Positions 28,723 to 39,194 of a stretch of 64,000 bases of DNA are shown piece after piece. The stretch lies in NCBI GenBank assembly GCA_965217585.1, contig OZ244561.1, positions 6,336,001 through 6,400,000 on the forward strand, read 5' to 3'. The translations under genes and the position numbers were made by a program. The stretch's first letter is position 1; each line of letters begins with the position of its first letter. Source of the DNA: Candidatus Latescibacterota bacterium. Lineage in GTDB: Bacteria; Latescibacterota; UBA2968; UBA8231. The notes below the pieces were generated by a model. That model was not told the origin of the DNA, searched no databases, and saw nothing but the letters and a program-made list of their open reading frames with translations.

Positions 28723-29331
28723 TTGGGTAGTTCAATACACTTAGAAAGCACGGTAGTGAGCGAACTAGCTCAACGCATAGGGGACGCCCGCAAGCTCTAC
28801 GGCAACGATAGTCCTTACGTCATAGGTATGATGACGGCTGTCGAATGGATAACCCAAGGTGCAGAGGGTGGCCAAGGTCTCAAGCAAGACCTGCTCGCCC
28901 GCGTTCTGGAGAGCGAGGGAAAGAAACAGCCGTCTCGTCCGCTCCCCAGCACTGCGGAGAGCAGCTCCCCAACGAACGAGCGCCGCGCCCTAGCGGAAAA
29001 CACTTGGACTCGAGGCATAGTCAAGTGGTTTAACAACGATAAGGGATATGGTTTTATTTCTACAGACAGCCATGTCGATGTCTTCGTTCACTGGCGCGAT
29101 ATTTCATCTTGGGACCGCAGTTTGACCCAAGATGACGAAGTTGAGTTCATGGTGACCCGTACCGCCAAGGGGTTCCAAGCCATCAACGTGATGAAGGCCG
29201 GCCAAGACAAGGCCGAAGAGGAGACGGCTGAGACCCCCGACGAAACCGGGGAGGCCGAGAACGCCGCCGGCGACTCCTCTGAGAGCGAAGACAGTGCCCC
29301 GGATCCCCAAGACGATGAGGGCGGGCTGTAG
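28723..29331 (+). CDS. Cold-shock domain protein with N-terminal extension and acidic tail
   Basis: GIVKWFNNDKGYGFI and DVFVHW. RBS AGGAGG before TTG. Confidence 0.85.
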   Translation: MGSSIHLESTVVSELAQRIGDARKLYGNDSPYVIGMMTAVEWITQGAEGGQGLKQDLLARVLESEGKKQPSRPLPSTAESSSPTNERRALAENTWTRGIVKWFNNDKGYGFISTDSHVDVFVHWRDISSWDRSLTQDDEVEFMVTRTAKGFQAINVMKAGQDKAEEETAETPDETGEAENAAGDSSESEDSAPDPQDDEGGL

Positions 29332-29337
29332 GGGAAG

Positions 29338-30564
29338 ATGGGTAAAAAAACGCCCGATATAGCCTGCTCGTTCTGCGGCAAAGGAGGCGACCAAGTCGAG
29401 AAGGTCATTCAGGGGCCCTCGGTGTATATATGCAGTGAATGCATCGGCTTGTGCAACGAGAGGCTGGCAGAGGACGACAAGCACGAGCCCAGTCTCAACG
29501 GCCGTCCTCTGCCTAAGCCGGCCGAAATTAAGGCCCATCTCGACGCGCATATTATTGGCCAAGAACGCGCCAAAAAGGCGCTCTCGGTCGCCGTGTACAA
29601 TCACTACAAGCGGGTACATTCCGGCGCTGCGGATGTCCAGCTCAGCAAGAGCAATATCCTGCTCATAGGTCCCACCGGAGTGGGCAAGACGCTTTTGGCG
29701 GAGACACTAGCGCGCATCTTACAAGTGCCCTTTGCCATCGTCGATGCCACCGTCCTCACCGAGGCCGGGTACGTGGGCGAGGACGTGGAAAATATCCTCG
29801 TGCGGCTCCTCCAAGCCGCGGATTACGATGTCAAGCAAGCCGAGCGCGGGATCCTGTTTATCGACGAGCTGGACAAAGTCGCCCGCAAATCCGGCAATCC
29901 CTCCATAACCCGTGACGTTTCAGGCGAAGGAGTCCAACAGGAGCTCCTCAAGATCTTAGAGGGGACGGTGTCAGGGGTGCCGCCGAAGGGCGGGCGCAAG
30001 CATCCCGAACAGCCCTTGGTGCAAATAAACACCAAAAACATTCTCTTTATTTGCGGAGGGGCTTTCGATGGGCTGGACAAAATTATCAGCCAGCGCATTG
30101 GAACCCAGTCCATGGGCTTTGGCAGCCCCCTCGACGACCGCGAGGAATCAGACGAGTCCAATCTGTTGGCGCGAGTCGAACCCGAAGAATTGATCCAGTA
30201 CGGCCTAATTCCCGAGTTGATTGGCCGCTTGCCGGTGGTGGGTATCTTGCACCCCTTCAGCGACCAGGCGCTAATGGACATTCTGATTAAACCACGGAAT
30301 GCACTCGTCAAACAGTACCAGAAGCTGTTTGAAATGGACGGTATTGCCCTGCGGTTTGAAGAAGAGGCCCTGAAGAAGGTTGTCAAATTGACCCAAGAAA
30401 AGGAGATGGGCGCGCGCGGTCTGCGGGCGGTCTTAGAGACCGTCATGTTTGAAATCATGTTCGATCTCCCGGCCCGAGACGACATCGCTGAATGCGTCAT
30501 TACCAAGGAGTTCATCGAAAACAAGGCACCGCCGACCTTCGTGTACAACAAGAAGCGAGCTTGA
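29338..30564 (+). CDS. clpX: ATP-dependent Clp protease ATP-binding subunit
   Basis: Zn finger CSFCGK...[24 protein letters not shown] and GGRKHP. Confidence 0.97.
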   Translation: MGKKTPDIACSFCGKGGDQVEKVIQGPSVYICSECIGLCNERLAEDDKHEPSLNGRPLPKPAEIKAHLDAHIIGQERAKKALSVAVYNHYKRVHSGAADVQLSKSNILLIGPTGVGKTLLAETLARILQVPFAIVDATVLTEAGYVGEDVENILVRLLQAADYDVKQAERGILFIDELDKVARKSGNPSITRDVSGEGVQQELLKILEGTVSGVPPKGGRKHPEQPLVQINTKNILFICGGAFDGLDKIISQRIGTQSMGFGSPLDDREESDESNLLARVEPEELIQYGLIPELIGRLPVVGILHPFSDQALMDILIKPRNALVKQYQKLFEMDGIALRFEEEALKKVVKLTQEKEMGARGLRAVLETVMFEIMFDLPARDDIAECVITKEFIENKAPPTFVYNKKRA

Positions 30565-30595
30565 TTCTAAACCGGGCGTTGAGCTTTAACCGTGT

Positions 30596-30637
30596 CCCTT
30601 CTCCACCAGCGCGTTCGCTGGCGGAGAAGGGTTTTTT
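30596..30637 (+). terminator. Intrinsic terminator after clpX
   Basis: cccttctccaccagcg-cgtt-cgctggcggagaaggg followed by T6. Confidence 0.8.
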
Positions 30638-30651
30638 GTGAGAAAAGCGCA

Positions 30652-31935
30652 ATGCATTCTAGGCATTATCCATCACGGGTGCTGTGGCGGCACCAGCCTG
30701 CGGCTACAGCGGCGGCTGTGGTCGGGGAAGTGGCCGTGCGGGGGCGGCTCCTCCACCTCGCCGAAGGGCGGGGGAGAATCGCAGACGAGAGCGGATGGGT
30801 TGATTTCGTCGTGAAGACGCGGGCAGAAGGGATAAAAGCTGGAGATATAGTCGAGTTATATGGAATTGCTGCAGAAGGGGTTATAGCCGTTACTCAAATC
30901 CGTTTGTTAGCCCCTAGCGATGCGGCGTGGCGTCGGGGGGATTGGGCGCGGTTCCACTCCAACGGGCTGTGGGCGAATATGCGGGTGCGGGCCACACTGT
31001 TAGAATCCGTACGCGGTTTTTTTCGGGACGCGGGCTTTCTCGCTGTGGAGACGCCCACTTTGGCCTGCGCCTCGGCGCAGGAGGAACACATCCAGCTATT
31101 CGCCACAGAATACCAGGGTGATAAGGCGCAAGAGCAGCTTTATCTCGCCCCTTCTCCCGAGCTGTACATGAAGCGGTTGCTAGGGGTGGGCTTTGAGCGG
31201 ATTTACCAGATCAGCCGCTCATACCGCAATGGGGAGATGGGGCCGCAACACAATCCCGAGTTTACCCTAATTGAATGGTATCGGGCGTACGCTAGTTACG
31301 AGGAAATCATGGCCGATGTCGAGAATTTGGTGGCCTATGTGGTGGAAAGCGTCTTGGGGCGGTCGAGTGTGGTCCGGGCAGGGCGCGAGATCAGCTTGCA
31401 GCCGCCGTGGGAGCGGCTCAGCGTCCGCGATGCCTTTGCGTGCTGGGCCGCGGTCGATTTGGATGCCTGTGCAGACGCGGAATCGCTTTTTCGCCACGCA
31501 CGTGCCTTGGGCTATGGCAGCGCTAGACGAGAGGACAGTTGGGAGGACTTATACCACAAAATTATGCTGGAAAAAGTCGAGCCAGAATTGGCTAAACTAG
31601 GGGCCGTCCATCTTTTCGATTATCCTCGACAGTTGGCCGCATTGGCCAAACTAAAAGAAGGAGATCCGGCCATAGCCGAGAGAACGGAAGCGTATTTGGG
31701 AGGGGTGGAGCTGTCGAATGGCTATACGGAGTTAAACGATCCAGTCCAACAGCGAGAGCGCTTTGCGCGGAGTGCGCGGCCGGGGGGAGCACCGGCCGAC
31801 GAGGCGTTTCTCGCGGCTATGGAGCGGGGCATTCCGCCGGCTGGTGGTGTGGCCTTGGGGTTGGACCGGTTGGTTATGGTCGTTGCCGGCGCGTCTTGCT
31901 TAGACGAGGTGATCGCCTTTCCGCTGGGGCATTAG
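30652..31935 (+). CDS. epmA: EF-P lysine aminoacylase (EpmA/GenX)-like protein with an N-terminal OB-fold-like domain
   Basis: Motifs [39 protein letters not shown] and GVALGLDRL. Start placed after the terminator. Confidence 0.82.
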   Translation: MHSRHYPSRVLWRHQPAATAAAVVGEVAVRGRLLHLAEGRGRIADESGWVDFVVKTRAEGIKAGDIVELYGIAAEGVIAVTQIRLLAPSDAAWRRGDWARFHSNGLWANMRVRATLLESVRGFFRDAGFLAVETPTLACASAQEEHIQLFATEYQGDKAQEQLYLAPSPELYMKRLLGVGFERIYQISRSYRNGEMGPQHNPEFTLIEWYRAYASYEEIMADVENLVAYVVESVLGRSSVVRAGREISLQPPWERLSVRDAFACWAAVDLDACADAESLFRHARALGYGSARREDSWEDLYHKIMLEKVEPELAKLGAVHLFDYPRQLAALAKLKEGDPAIAERTEAYLGGVELSNGYTELNDPVQQRERFARSARPGGAPADEAFLAAMERGIPPAGGVALGLDRLVMVVAGASCLDEVIAFPLGH

Positions 31936-32537
31936 TCGGCGAGGGCTGCCAGCTCTTTTTCGGACGTCAGCAGGCCGTCGATTAGGCCGAAGTCGATCGC
32001 CTCTGCGGGCGAAAGAAAGTAATCTCGCTCGGTGACCAGTTCGATGCGCTCGAGCGGCTGGCCGGTATCCTGGACTAAGATCTGGTTGAGCCGGTCGCGC
32101 CACTCGACGATTTCGCGGGCGTGGATTTCGATGTCGGCCGCTTGGCCACGGACACCTCCCCAAGGCTGGTGCAGCATGAGCCGAGAATGAGCAAGGGCGT
32201 GGCGCTTGCCCTTGGTCCCGCCGGCGAGGAGGATCGCGCTCATGCTGTACGCTTGGCCGATGCAGAGGGTCGCTACGTCGCAGGGGACGTACTTCATGGT
32301 GTCGTAGATGGCCAAGCCGGCCGTGAGGCTGCCGCCGGGGCTGTTGATGTAGAGCGAGATGTCTTTCTTGGGATCTTCTGAGGTCAGAAAGAGCAGTTGA
32401 GCGATGACGAGGTTGGCTTCGTGGTCGTCGATCGGGGTGCTGATGAAGATGATCCGCTCCTTGAGGAGGCGCGAGAAAATGTCGTAGGCGCGCTCACCGC
32501 GGCCGGTCTGTTCGATTACTACGGGTACGATTGCCAT
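31932..32537 (-). CDS. clpP: ATP-dependent Clp protease proteolytic subunit
   Basis: Motifs [27 protein letters not shown] and RDY. Confidence 0.96.
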   Translation of the reverse strand: MAIVPVVIEQTGRGERAYDIFSRLLKERIIFISTPIDDHEANLVIAQLLFLTSEDPKKDISLYINSPGGSLTAGLAIYDTMKYVPCDVATLCIGQAYSMSAILLAGGTKGKRHALAHSRLMLHQPWGGVRGQAADIEIHAREIVEWRDRLNQILVQDTGQPLERIELVTERDYFLSPAEAIDFGLIDGLLTSEKELAALAD

Positions 32538-32581
32538 GTGCTATTCTGTCGTGAGAAGAGAGTCTATTCGCTGGTTAATGG

Positions 32582-32659
32582 ACTATAGGCGATGCCCAAT
32601 ATAGTGTCAATGGGGCACCGCGCAGATTGGTTGACCTCGCTATGGAGGCACGGTACATT
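32582..32659. promoter_or_regulatory. Back-to-back sigma70 promoters for clpP (minus) and coaE-gcvT (plus)
   Basis: Minus: TTGACA-N17-TATAGT (32610-32582). Plus: TTGACC-N17-TACATT (32631-32659). Confidence 0.65.
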
Positions 32660-32770
32660 TTATCCCGTTCGCAGCACGTCGTTGCCCACCGAAAGTCAAT
32701 CCCTTAATCCACTGCAAGGCATAGTGGTACGATTTTTTGAGTTCTGTTGCTTGGCCTTGGCTGGCCGAGG

Positions 32771-33397
32771 GTGCGCGTGCTCGTAGGCATTACCGGCGGC
32801 ATGGGTGCAGGCAAGTCCGCACTGGCGCAGATGCTCACCGGATTTGGTGCGCTGCGGGTTGATGCCGACGAAGTGGCCCGCGAAGTGGCGACAATCCCAG
32901 CGGTAATAGAGAATCTGCAAGCGGCATTCGGCCGTGATCTGCTCGGCCCAGACGGGCGCTTGGACCGCCAAGAGTTGGGGCGTCGCGCCCTGCGGTCAGA
33001 CGAGGCGAGCCAGCGATTAGAGGCGATTATGCGGCCGCCACTGGCAGCGGCCATAGAGCACCGGCTGGCGCAGGCTGTGGAGGAAGCCGGCGGTGGGATC
33101 GTGATATTTGACGCGCCGCTGATATACGAGTGGGGAAACGAGGGGAACTTCGACCGGATCGTGGTGGTCGATGCTGAGGAGGAACGATGCGTGTCGAGGG
33201 TGCAGCAGCGCAGCGGTTTACCAGTGTGCGAGATTAGGCAGCGGATGGCCCGCCAGATGGATCCACAAGAAAAAAAGGCCCGCGCCGACTTTGTCATCGA
33301 CAACAACGGAGGCTTGGCCGCGCTTGCCACACAGGCGGAAGTGCTATGGGCCAAATTAGTCAGCGCCGCGCAGGGAAGAGACAGCCATGACAAATGA
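32771..33397 (+). CDS. coaE: Dephospho-CoA kinase
   Basis: Motifs GITGGMGAGKS, VDAD, APLIYE and ADFVIDNNG. Start uncertain (32747-32777). Confidence 0.92.
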   Translation: MRVLVGITGGMGAGKSALAQMLTGFGALRVDADEVAREVATIPAVIENLQAAFGRDLLGPDGRLDRQELGRRALRSDEASQRLEAIMRPPLAAAIEHRLAQAVEEAGGGIVIFDAPLIYEWGNEGNFDRIVVVDAEEERCVSRVQQRSGLPVCEIRQRMARQMDPQEKKARADFVIDNNGGLAALATQAEVLWAKLVSAAQGRDSHDK

Positions 33398-34496
33398 ACG
33401 CTTGCGGCGGACGCCCCTCTATGAGGTCACCGTCGCCGAAGGCGGGCGCATGGCGCCCTTTGGCGGGTGGGAAATGCCGGTCCAGTTCGAGGGCATCCGC
33501 CGCGAACACTGGGCGGTGCGCCGAGCGGCTGGGCTGTTCGACATATCGCACATGGGCCGAATCGCCATTTCCGGGGAGCGCGGGTTGGCCTTCCTCGACA
33601 GCCTCTTGCCGGCGCGGGTCCGCGAATTGACGATCGGCCAGATGCTCTACGCACCGCTGTGCAATGAACGGGGGGGATGCGTGGACGATCTGGTGGTCTA
33701 CCGGCTCGCACAGCAGGAGTACCTCTTGGTGGTCAACGCGAGCCGGAAGGCCGCTGACTGGCAGTGGATTACCGCGCACGCAGCGGGTTGGTCGGATGTG
33801 CAAATCGAGGACTTGAGCGATGAACAGGGCATGGTAGCGGTGCAGGGGCCACAGGCCGCCGCCCTAGTCGAAGCACTCGCTGGACCGGCTAGCGTGGCGC
33901 TAAGGTACTATCGCTGCGCAGTGATGGAGATCGCCGGGATACGAGCGTTGCTCAGCCGCAATGGCTACACCGGAGAAGACGGGTTTGAGATCATGTGCCC
34001 GGCCGACCAAGTCGCTGCGTTGTGGGCGAAGCTCCGCGCGGCCGGTGCCCAGCCTTGTGGGCTAGGTGCACGCGACACCTTGCGCGTCGAGATGGGTTTT
34101 TGCCTCTATGGCCACGAATTGAACGAGCAGACAACCCCCCTAGAAGCGGGTTTGGCCTGGACCTTGGACTTGAAAAAAGAGGCGAATTTTGTCGGGGCTG
34201 AAGCGCTGCGGGCGCAGGGCACGGCCGGAGGCTATCGCCGCCTGCGCGGCTTCCGCCTGCTGGAAAGGGGGATTCCCCGGCCGGATTATCCGGTTTTCGA
34301 CCAGCGCGAGGAGCAGGTGGGTACCGTGACCAGTGGGACGCACTCGCCGGTACTCGGCGAAGGGATCGGACTGGCCTATTTGCAGAGCGGTGCCCAAAAA
34401 ATAGGCACTCAGGTGTACATCGGCATGAAGGGCAAGCGGCAACCCGCCGTTGTGGTCAAGCTGCCCTTTGTACCTTCGGCCCTTAAAAAGGACTGA
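33387..34496 (+). CDS. gcvT: Glycine cleavage system T protein
   Basis: Motifs [26 protein letters not shown] and GLGARDTLR. Confidence 0.96.
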   Translation: MTNERLRRTPLYEVTVAEGGRMAPFGGWEMPVQFEGIRREHWAVRRAAGLFDISHMGRIAISGERGLAFLDSLLPARVRELTIGQMLYAPLCNERGGCVDDLVVYRLAQQEYLLVVNASRKAADWQWITAHAAGWSDVQIEDLSDEQGMVAVQGPQAAALVEALAGPASVALRYYRCAVMEIAGIRALLSRNGYTGEDGFEIMCPADQVAALWAKLRAAGAQPCGLGARDTLRVEMGFCLYGHELNEQTTPLEAGLAWTLDLKKEANFVGAEALRAQGTAGGYRRLRGFRLLERGIPRPDYPVFDQREEQVGTVTSGTHSPVLGEGIGLAYLQSGAQKIGTQVYIGMKGKRQPAVVVKLPFVPSALKKD

Positions 34497-34502
34497 ACTG
34501 CA

Positions 34503-34532
34503 ACGTCTTCACCGCTGCCTTTAGGCAGTGCA
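34503..34532 (+). repeat. ~30-bp hairpin mini-element, copy A (intergenic)
   Basis: acgtcttcaccgctgcctttaggcagtgca. A tgcaacg direct repeat lies at a 30-bp spacing. Related to 36749 and 62333. Confidence 0.65.
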
Positions 34533-34543
34533 ACGGAGGTCGC

Positions 34544-37426
34544 ATGAGCGACGAATTTGGACCTAGCGATGTTTTTGTCCGCCGGCATATCGGCCCCACG
34601 GCCGCAGATGTGGCCGCCATGCTCGCAGCCGTGGGGGCCGCCAGCTTGGACGACCTCATGGCTGAGGCCCTGCCGGCGGCGATTCGGATGCAAGGTCCCT
34701 TGGCGATGGGAGAAGGCATCAGCGAGTACGAGCTAATAGGGCGGTTGCGAGAATTAGCCGGCCAGAATCGCATATACCGCAGTTTTATTGGCATGGGTTA
34801 CTCAAACTGCATAACCCCTCCGGTTATCCAGCGCAACATCTTGGAGAATCCAGGCTGGTACACCCAGTACACGCCCTACCAGTCCGAAATCGCCCAAGGG
34901 CGGCTAGAGGCCCTGCTCAACTTCCAGACCATGGTCGGCGACCTGACGGGTTTTTCCTTGGCCAATGCCTCCTTATTGGACGAAGCCACGGCCGCGGCCG
35001 AAGCTATCGCCATGTTGCGGGCGGTGCAAAAGAAAAACGCCAGCCAGCGAGTCTTTGTCTCGTCGGCCTGTCACCCGCAAACTATAGCAGTGGTCAAGGT
35101 CCGGGCCGAGTCGCGGGGGTGGGAGGTTGTAGTAGGCGATCATCGAGAATGGGATTTTGCGGCCGGAGCTTTCGCTGCCTTGCTCCAGTACCCGGCCTCA
35201 GACGGCGCTCTATACGACTATGCCGACTTCTGCGCTCAGGCTCACGCCCATCAGACGCTGGTGTGCGTGGCGGTCGATTTGCTTGCCCTGTGTTTGCTGC
35301 GGCCTCCCGGGGAGTTTGGGGCCGATGCGGCCATCGGGAGCGCGCAGCGCTTTGGCATGCCAATGGGATACGGCGGCCCACACGCGGCCTTTTTGGCGAC
35401 GCGACCTGAGTTCCAGCGGCAGGTACCTGGGCGCATCATTGGCGTCTCCGCAGATGTCCGCGGCCAGCCCGCCCTGCGCATGGCCCTGCAAACCCGCGAA
35501 CAGCACATCAAACGAGAACGGGCTACGAGCAACATCTGCACGGCCGAGGTCTTGCCGGCTGTGGTGGCGAGCATGTACGCGGTCTATCACGGGCCGGACG
35601 GGTTGCGGCGCATAGCCCGCCGCATACACCGCCAGGCGCGGGCGCTCGCCCGCGGGCTGGAGGAAGCCGGCTACCGAGTCGTCCACGACCCCTACTTCGA
35701 CGCGCTGCGCGTTGAGGTGGGGGCGCGGGGAGACACGCTGCTGACACAGGCGCGGGCCGAGGGGATGAACTTTCGCGATCTGGGGGACGGGCACTGGGGC
35801 ATTGCCCTCGACGAAACGACGCATAAGGCCGATTTGCAAGCCATCCTCGCCTTGCTGGGCGGCAAGCTCCCCACCCAAGTCGATGCAGAGACTGCTTGGG
35901 CACCTGTCCACGGCCGCCACTCGCGCTTCATGGAGCATCCGGTCTTTGCCGCGCATCACTCCGAGACCGAGATGATGCGCTACATGCGTCGGCTTGAAGC
36001 CAAGGATATGTCCTTGGTGCACGCGATGATTCCCCTCGGCTCGTGTACCATGAAGCTCAATGCGACCGCGGAAATGATGGCGATTACTTGGCCTGAATTC
36101 GCGGCGCTGCATCCATTTGCACCCGTAGAGCAAGCCCGGGGTTACGCGGCGATTTTCGCCGAAATGGAGGACATGTTGCGCGAAATCACCGGCCTCAAGG
36201 GTATTTCGCTGCAACCCAATGCAGGTTCGCAGGGCGAATACGCCGGCCTACTCATCGTGCGCAAATACCACCGGATGCGCGGAGAAGCCCAGCGGAACGT
36301 CTGCCTCATTCCGGCCTCGGCTCATGGGACGAACCCAGCTAGCGCGGCTATGGCTGGGTTGGACGTGGTGGTCGTCGCCTGTGACGCCGAGGGCAATATC
36401 GACTTGGCAGACCTGCGGGCGAAGGCCGCCACACACCGCGAGCGGCTGGCGGCCCTAATGGTGACATATCCATCAACCCATGGGGTGTTTGAAGAGGCCA
36501 TTGGCGAAATCTGCGCGGTCGTCCACCAAGCGGGCGGGCAGGTCTATATGGACGGTGCCAATATGAATGCCTTGGTGGGATTGTGTCGGCCCGGGGAAAT
36601 CGGCATTGACGTGTGCCATTTGAATTTGCACAAGACCTTTTGCATCCCCCACGGCGGGGGCGGCCCGGGGATGGGGCCTATTGCCGTGGCCGAGCACTTG
36701 GTCGAGTTCCTGCCCTCGCACCCTCTCATTCACACCGGCGGGGCCGAAACGCCCCATCCGCCGCCTTCAGGCGGTGAATCGATTGGCCCCATTGCGGCCG
36801 CTCCGTGGGGCAGTGCCTCGATTCTGCTCATATCTTGGGCGTACTTGCGGCTAATGGGTGGCGCGGGCCTCGCCGAAGCAACGCAGGTAGCGATCCTCAA
36901 TGCCAATTACCTGAGCAGCCGTCTCGCGGATTCCTTTCCCGTGCTATACAAAGGACGCAACGGGCGCGTGGCCCACGAGTGCATCCTCGACCTGCGCTGG
37001 GCGCGGGAGTACGGCATTGGCGTAGAAGACGTAGCTAAACGGTTGATGGACTACGGGTTCCACGCCCCTACGGTATCCTTCCCAGTGGTCGGGACCCTGA
37101 TGGTTGAACCTACCGAGAGCGAGTCCAAGGCCGAATTGGACCGGTTTTGCGAGGCCATGATCGCCATTGGCGGCGAAATCCGGCAAGTAGCTGCCGGGGA
37201 GATGGACCGCGCCAACAACCCGCTCGTCCACGCGCCGCACCCCTTGGATGTCGTGCTGGCCGTCGAGTGGGATCGCCCTTATTCTAGAACCGTTGCCGCC
37301 CTGCCGGCTCCTTGGCTGTTAGAGCGCAAGTTCTGGCCGGCCGTAGGGAGACTGAACGACGCGCAGGGCGATCGCAACCTGATCTGTTCCTGTCCACCTG
37401 TAGAAACGTACTTACAAAAGGAATGA
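34544..37426 (+). CDS. gcvP: Glycine dehydrogenase (decarboxylating), single chain
   Basis: Motifs [30 protein letters not shown] and [18 protein letters not shown]. Confidence 0.97.
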   Translation: MSDEFGPSDVFVRRHIGPTAADVAAMLAAVGAASLDDLMAEALPAAIRMQGPLAMGEGISEYELIGRLRELAGQNRIYRSFIGMGYSNCITPPVIQRNILENPGWYTQYTPYQSEIAQGRLEALLNFQTMVGDLTGFSLANASLLDEATAAAEAIAMLRAVQKKNASQRVFVSSACHPQTIAVVKVRAESRGWEVVVGDHREWDFAAGAFAALLQYPASDGALYDYADFCAQAHAHQTLVCVAVDLLALCLLRPPGEFGADAAIGSAQRFGMPMGYGGPHAAFLATRPEFQRQVPGRIIGVSADVRGQPALRMALQTREQHIKRERATSNICTAEVLPAVVASMYAVYHGPDGLRRIARRIHRQARALARGLEEAGYRVVHDPYFDALRVEVGARGDTLLTQARAEGMNFRDLGDGHWGIALDETTHKADLQAILALLGGKLPTQVDAETAWAPVHGRHSRFMEHPVFAAHHSETEMMRYMRRLEAKDMSLVHAMIPLGSCTMKLNATAEMMAITWPEFAALHPFAPVEQARGYAAIFAEMEDMLREITGLKGISLQPNAGSQGEYAGLLIVRKYHRMRGEAQRNVCLIPASAHGTNPASAAMAGLDVVVVACDAEGNIDLADLRAKAATHRERLAALMVTYPSTHGVFEEAIGEICAVVHQAGGQVYMDGANMNALVGLCRPGEIGIDVCHLNLHKTFCIPHGGGGPGMGPIAVAEHLVEFLPSHPLIHTGGAETPHPPPSGGESIGPIAAAPWGSASILLISWAYLRLMGGAGLAEATQVAILNANYLSSRLADSFPVLYKGRNGRVAHECILDLRWAREYGIGVEDVAKRLMDYGFHAPTVSFPVVGTLMVEPTESESKAELDRFCEAMIAIGGEIRQVAAGEMDRANNPLVHAPHPLDVVLAVEWDRPYSRTVAALPAPWLLERKFWPAVGRLNDAQGDRNLICSCPPVETYLQKE
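36749..36778 (+). repeat. ~30-bp hairpin mini-element, copy B (in frame within gcvP)
   Basis: acgccccatccgccgccttcaggcggtgaa encodes [10 protein letters not shown]. 21/30 identical to copy A, with a compensatory stem change. Confidence 0.65.
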
Positions 37427-37427
37427 G

Positions 37428-38435
37428 ATGAGTCAGAAACGCGCCTTAATCACCGGCATTACCGGCCAGGACGGTTCGTACTTGGCCGAATTACTGCTGG
37501 AAAAGGGCTATGAGGTCTTTGGGCTAGTTCGTCGCAGTAGCACGGTCAATTTCGAGCGGATCGGCCACTTGCAGGACAAAATCGAGCTGATCTCCGGCGA
37601 TCTGTTGGACCAGAAGTCGCTGGCCTCGGCGCTGCAGGCCGCGCGGCCGCAGGAAGTGTACAACCTGGGCGCCCAGTCCTTTGTGCCGGTCTCTTGGGAG
37701 CAGCCCATGTTGACCGGCGAAGTAACCGGCTTGGGCGTGACGCGGCTGCTCGAAGCCATCCGCTCCTACGACGAGAACATTCGCTTTTACCAAGCCAGCA
37801 CCAGCGAATTGTTCGGCAAGGCGCAGGAGACGCCGCAGAACGAAAAGACGGCTTTCTATCCGCGCTCGCCTTACGGGGTGTCCAAGCTCTACGCGCATTG
37901 GATCACCATCAACTATCGCGAGAGCTACGGCCTGTTCGCCTGCACGGGCATTCTCTTCAATCACGAGTCGCCGCGCCGCGGGCGCGAATTTGCCACCCGC
38001 AAAATCACGTATGGCGTGGCCCGCATCAAATGCGGGCTGGACCAAGAGCTGCGCCTCGGCAACCTCGAGTCCCGCCGCGATTGGGGCTATGCGGGCGACT
38101 TCGTCCGCGCGATGTGGATGATGCTCCAGCAGGACGAACCCGACGATTACGTCATCGCCACGGGCACCACCCGCACCATTGGCGAATTCTGCGAGGTCGC
38201 CTTTGCCCACGCCGGCTTGGACTGGCGGCAACACGTGGTCGTGGATGAGCGCTTTATGCGCCCCGCAGAGGTACATATCCTGTTGGGCGATTCGACTAAG
38301 GCGCGGGAAAAACTCGGTTGGGTACCCGAGGTCGGCTTTGAGGAGATGGTACGGCAGATGGTTGACTGTGACTTAGAGCAGGTGGCCCATCAGTCGGCCC
38401 CAGTACTGAGGCCGGACTGCCCGGCGCGGCGGTGA
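37428..38435 (+). CDS. gmd: GDP-mannose 4,6-dehydratase
   Basis: Motifs [43 protein letters not shown] and RDWG. Confidence 0.96.
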   Translation: MSQKRALITGITGQDGSYLAELLLEKGYEVFGLVRRSSTVNFERIGHLQDKIELISGDLLDQKSLASALQAARPQEVYNLGAQSFVPVSWEQPMLTGEVTGLGVTRLLEAIRSYDENIRFYQASTSELFGKAQETPQNEKTAFYPRSPYGVSKLYAHWITINYRESYGLFACTGILFNHESPRRGREFATRKITYGVARIKCGLDQELRLGNLESRRDWGYAGDFVRAMWMMLQQDEPDDYVIATGTTRTIGEFCEVAFAHAGLDWRQHVVVDERFMRPAEVHILLGDSTKAREKLGWVPEVGFEEMVRQMVDCDLEQVAHQSAPVLRPDCPARR

Positions 38436-39154
38436 TAGCGGCGGCTGAACTTGCGGATCTGGCCGCATATCGTCTGAATCGCCCGCACATCGCGAACTTC
38501 CAAATCGACCTTGTTGAAGAAGCGGCGCAGCACTCGGCCGAAGTGATCCGGCTCGTTGTTGTACGGGGTAAACTCTATCTCGGCAAGGGCTTGCAGGATC
38601 TGGGCGTACATTTGCTCGCGCTCGCTGGCTGTAGCCAGGTGCACAGGCGGGTCCGGCGGCTTTTCGCCCACGGCCGCATACAGGCCATAGGCGAGCAGGA
38701 GCACGGCATGGGAGAGGTTGAGGGAGGGATAGGCCACGGCCGTGGGGAACCTCAGCACTTGGTGGCAGAGTGCGAGTTCCTCGTGCCACAAGCCGTCCCT
38801 TTCACGCCCGAACACGAGGGCAATCCGGCGATGATGTACCTGAGAGGCTAGTTGGGCAATCAGAGGCTCCGGCGCGGAAGTAACCGTGCGGAAGCGGCCC
38901 TGCCGATGGGTGGTGCCGACGACGATGTGGCAATCAGCCACGGCTGCCGCGAGGCAGGGAAATACTTGGCTGCCGTCGAGAATATCGCCCGCGCCGTGGG
39001 CAAAGGCGCGGGCTTCCGGCGTATCCCACGTCCCGGGATTGACCAAGGCCAACTGGCTTATGCCCGTGGTTTTGAGCACGCGGGCTGTAGCGCCGATATT
39101 ACCGGGCGTCGCTGGCTCGACGAGCACGACGCGGATGTTGTCGAGAGGATTCAT
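38390..39154 (-). CDS. SPOUT RNA methyltransferase, TrmJ/LasT family
   Basis: Motifs [25 protein letters not shown] and [10 protein letters not shown]. Confidence 0.88.
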   Translation of the reverse strand: MNPLDNIRVVLVEPATPGNIGATARVLKTTGISQLALVNPGTWDTPEARAFAHGAGDILDGSQVFPCLAAAVADCHIVVGTTHRQGRFRTVTSAPEPLIAQLASQVHHRRIALVFGRERDGLWHEELALCHQVLRFPTAVAYPSLNLSHAVLLLAYGLYAAVGEKPPDPPVHLATASEREQMYAQILQALAEIEFTPYNNEPDHFGRVLRRFFNKVDLEVRDVRAIQTICGQIRKFSRRYHRRAGQSGLSTGAD

Positions 39155-39194
39155 GCGGCTCGCCAAACTAAACCAAGAAGGACACTGCGCGCCA

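Noticed and set aside
30592-30651. Longer start for the EpmA-like gene
   Set aside because: It would begin inside the clpX terminator hairpin. ATG 30652 is preferred.
32660-33390. Glycine riboswitch upstream of gcvT
   Set aside because: gcvT overlaps coaE and no aptamer motifs were recognised in the short leader.
35210-36214. Long antisense ORFs such as 334 aa opposite gcvP, 269 aa opposite hemL and 282 aa opposite murQ
   Set aside because: Shadow frames expected in GC-rich coding DNA, with no recognisable motifs.
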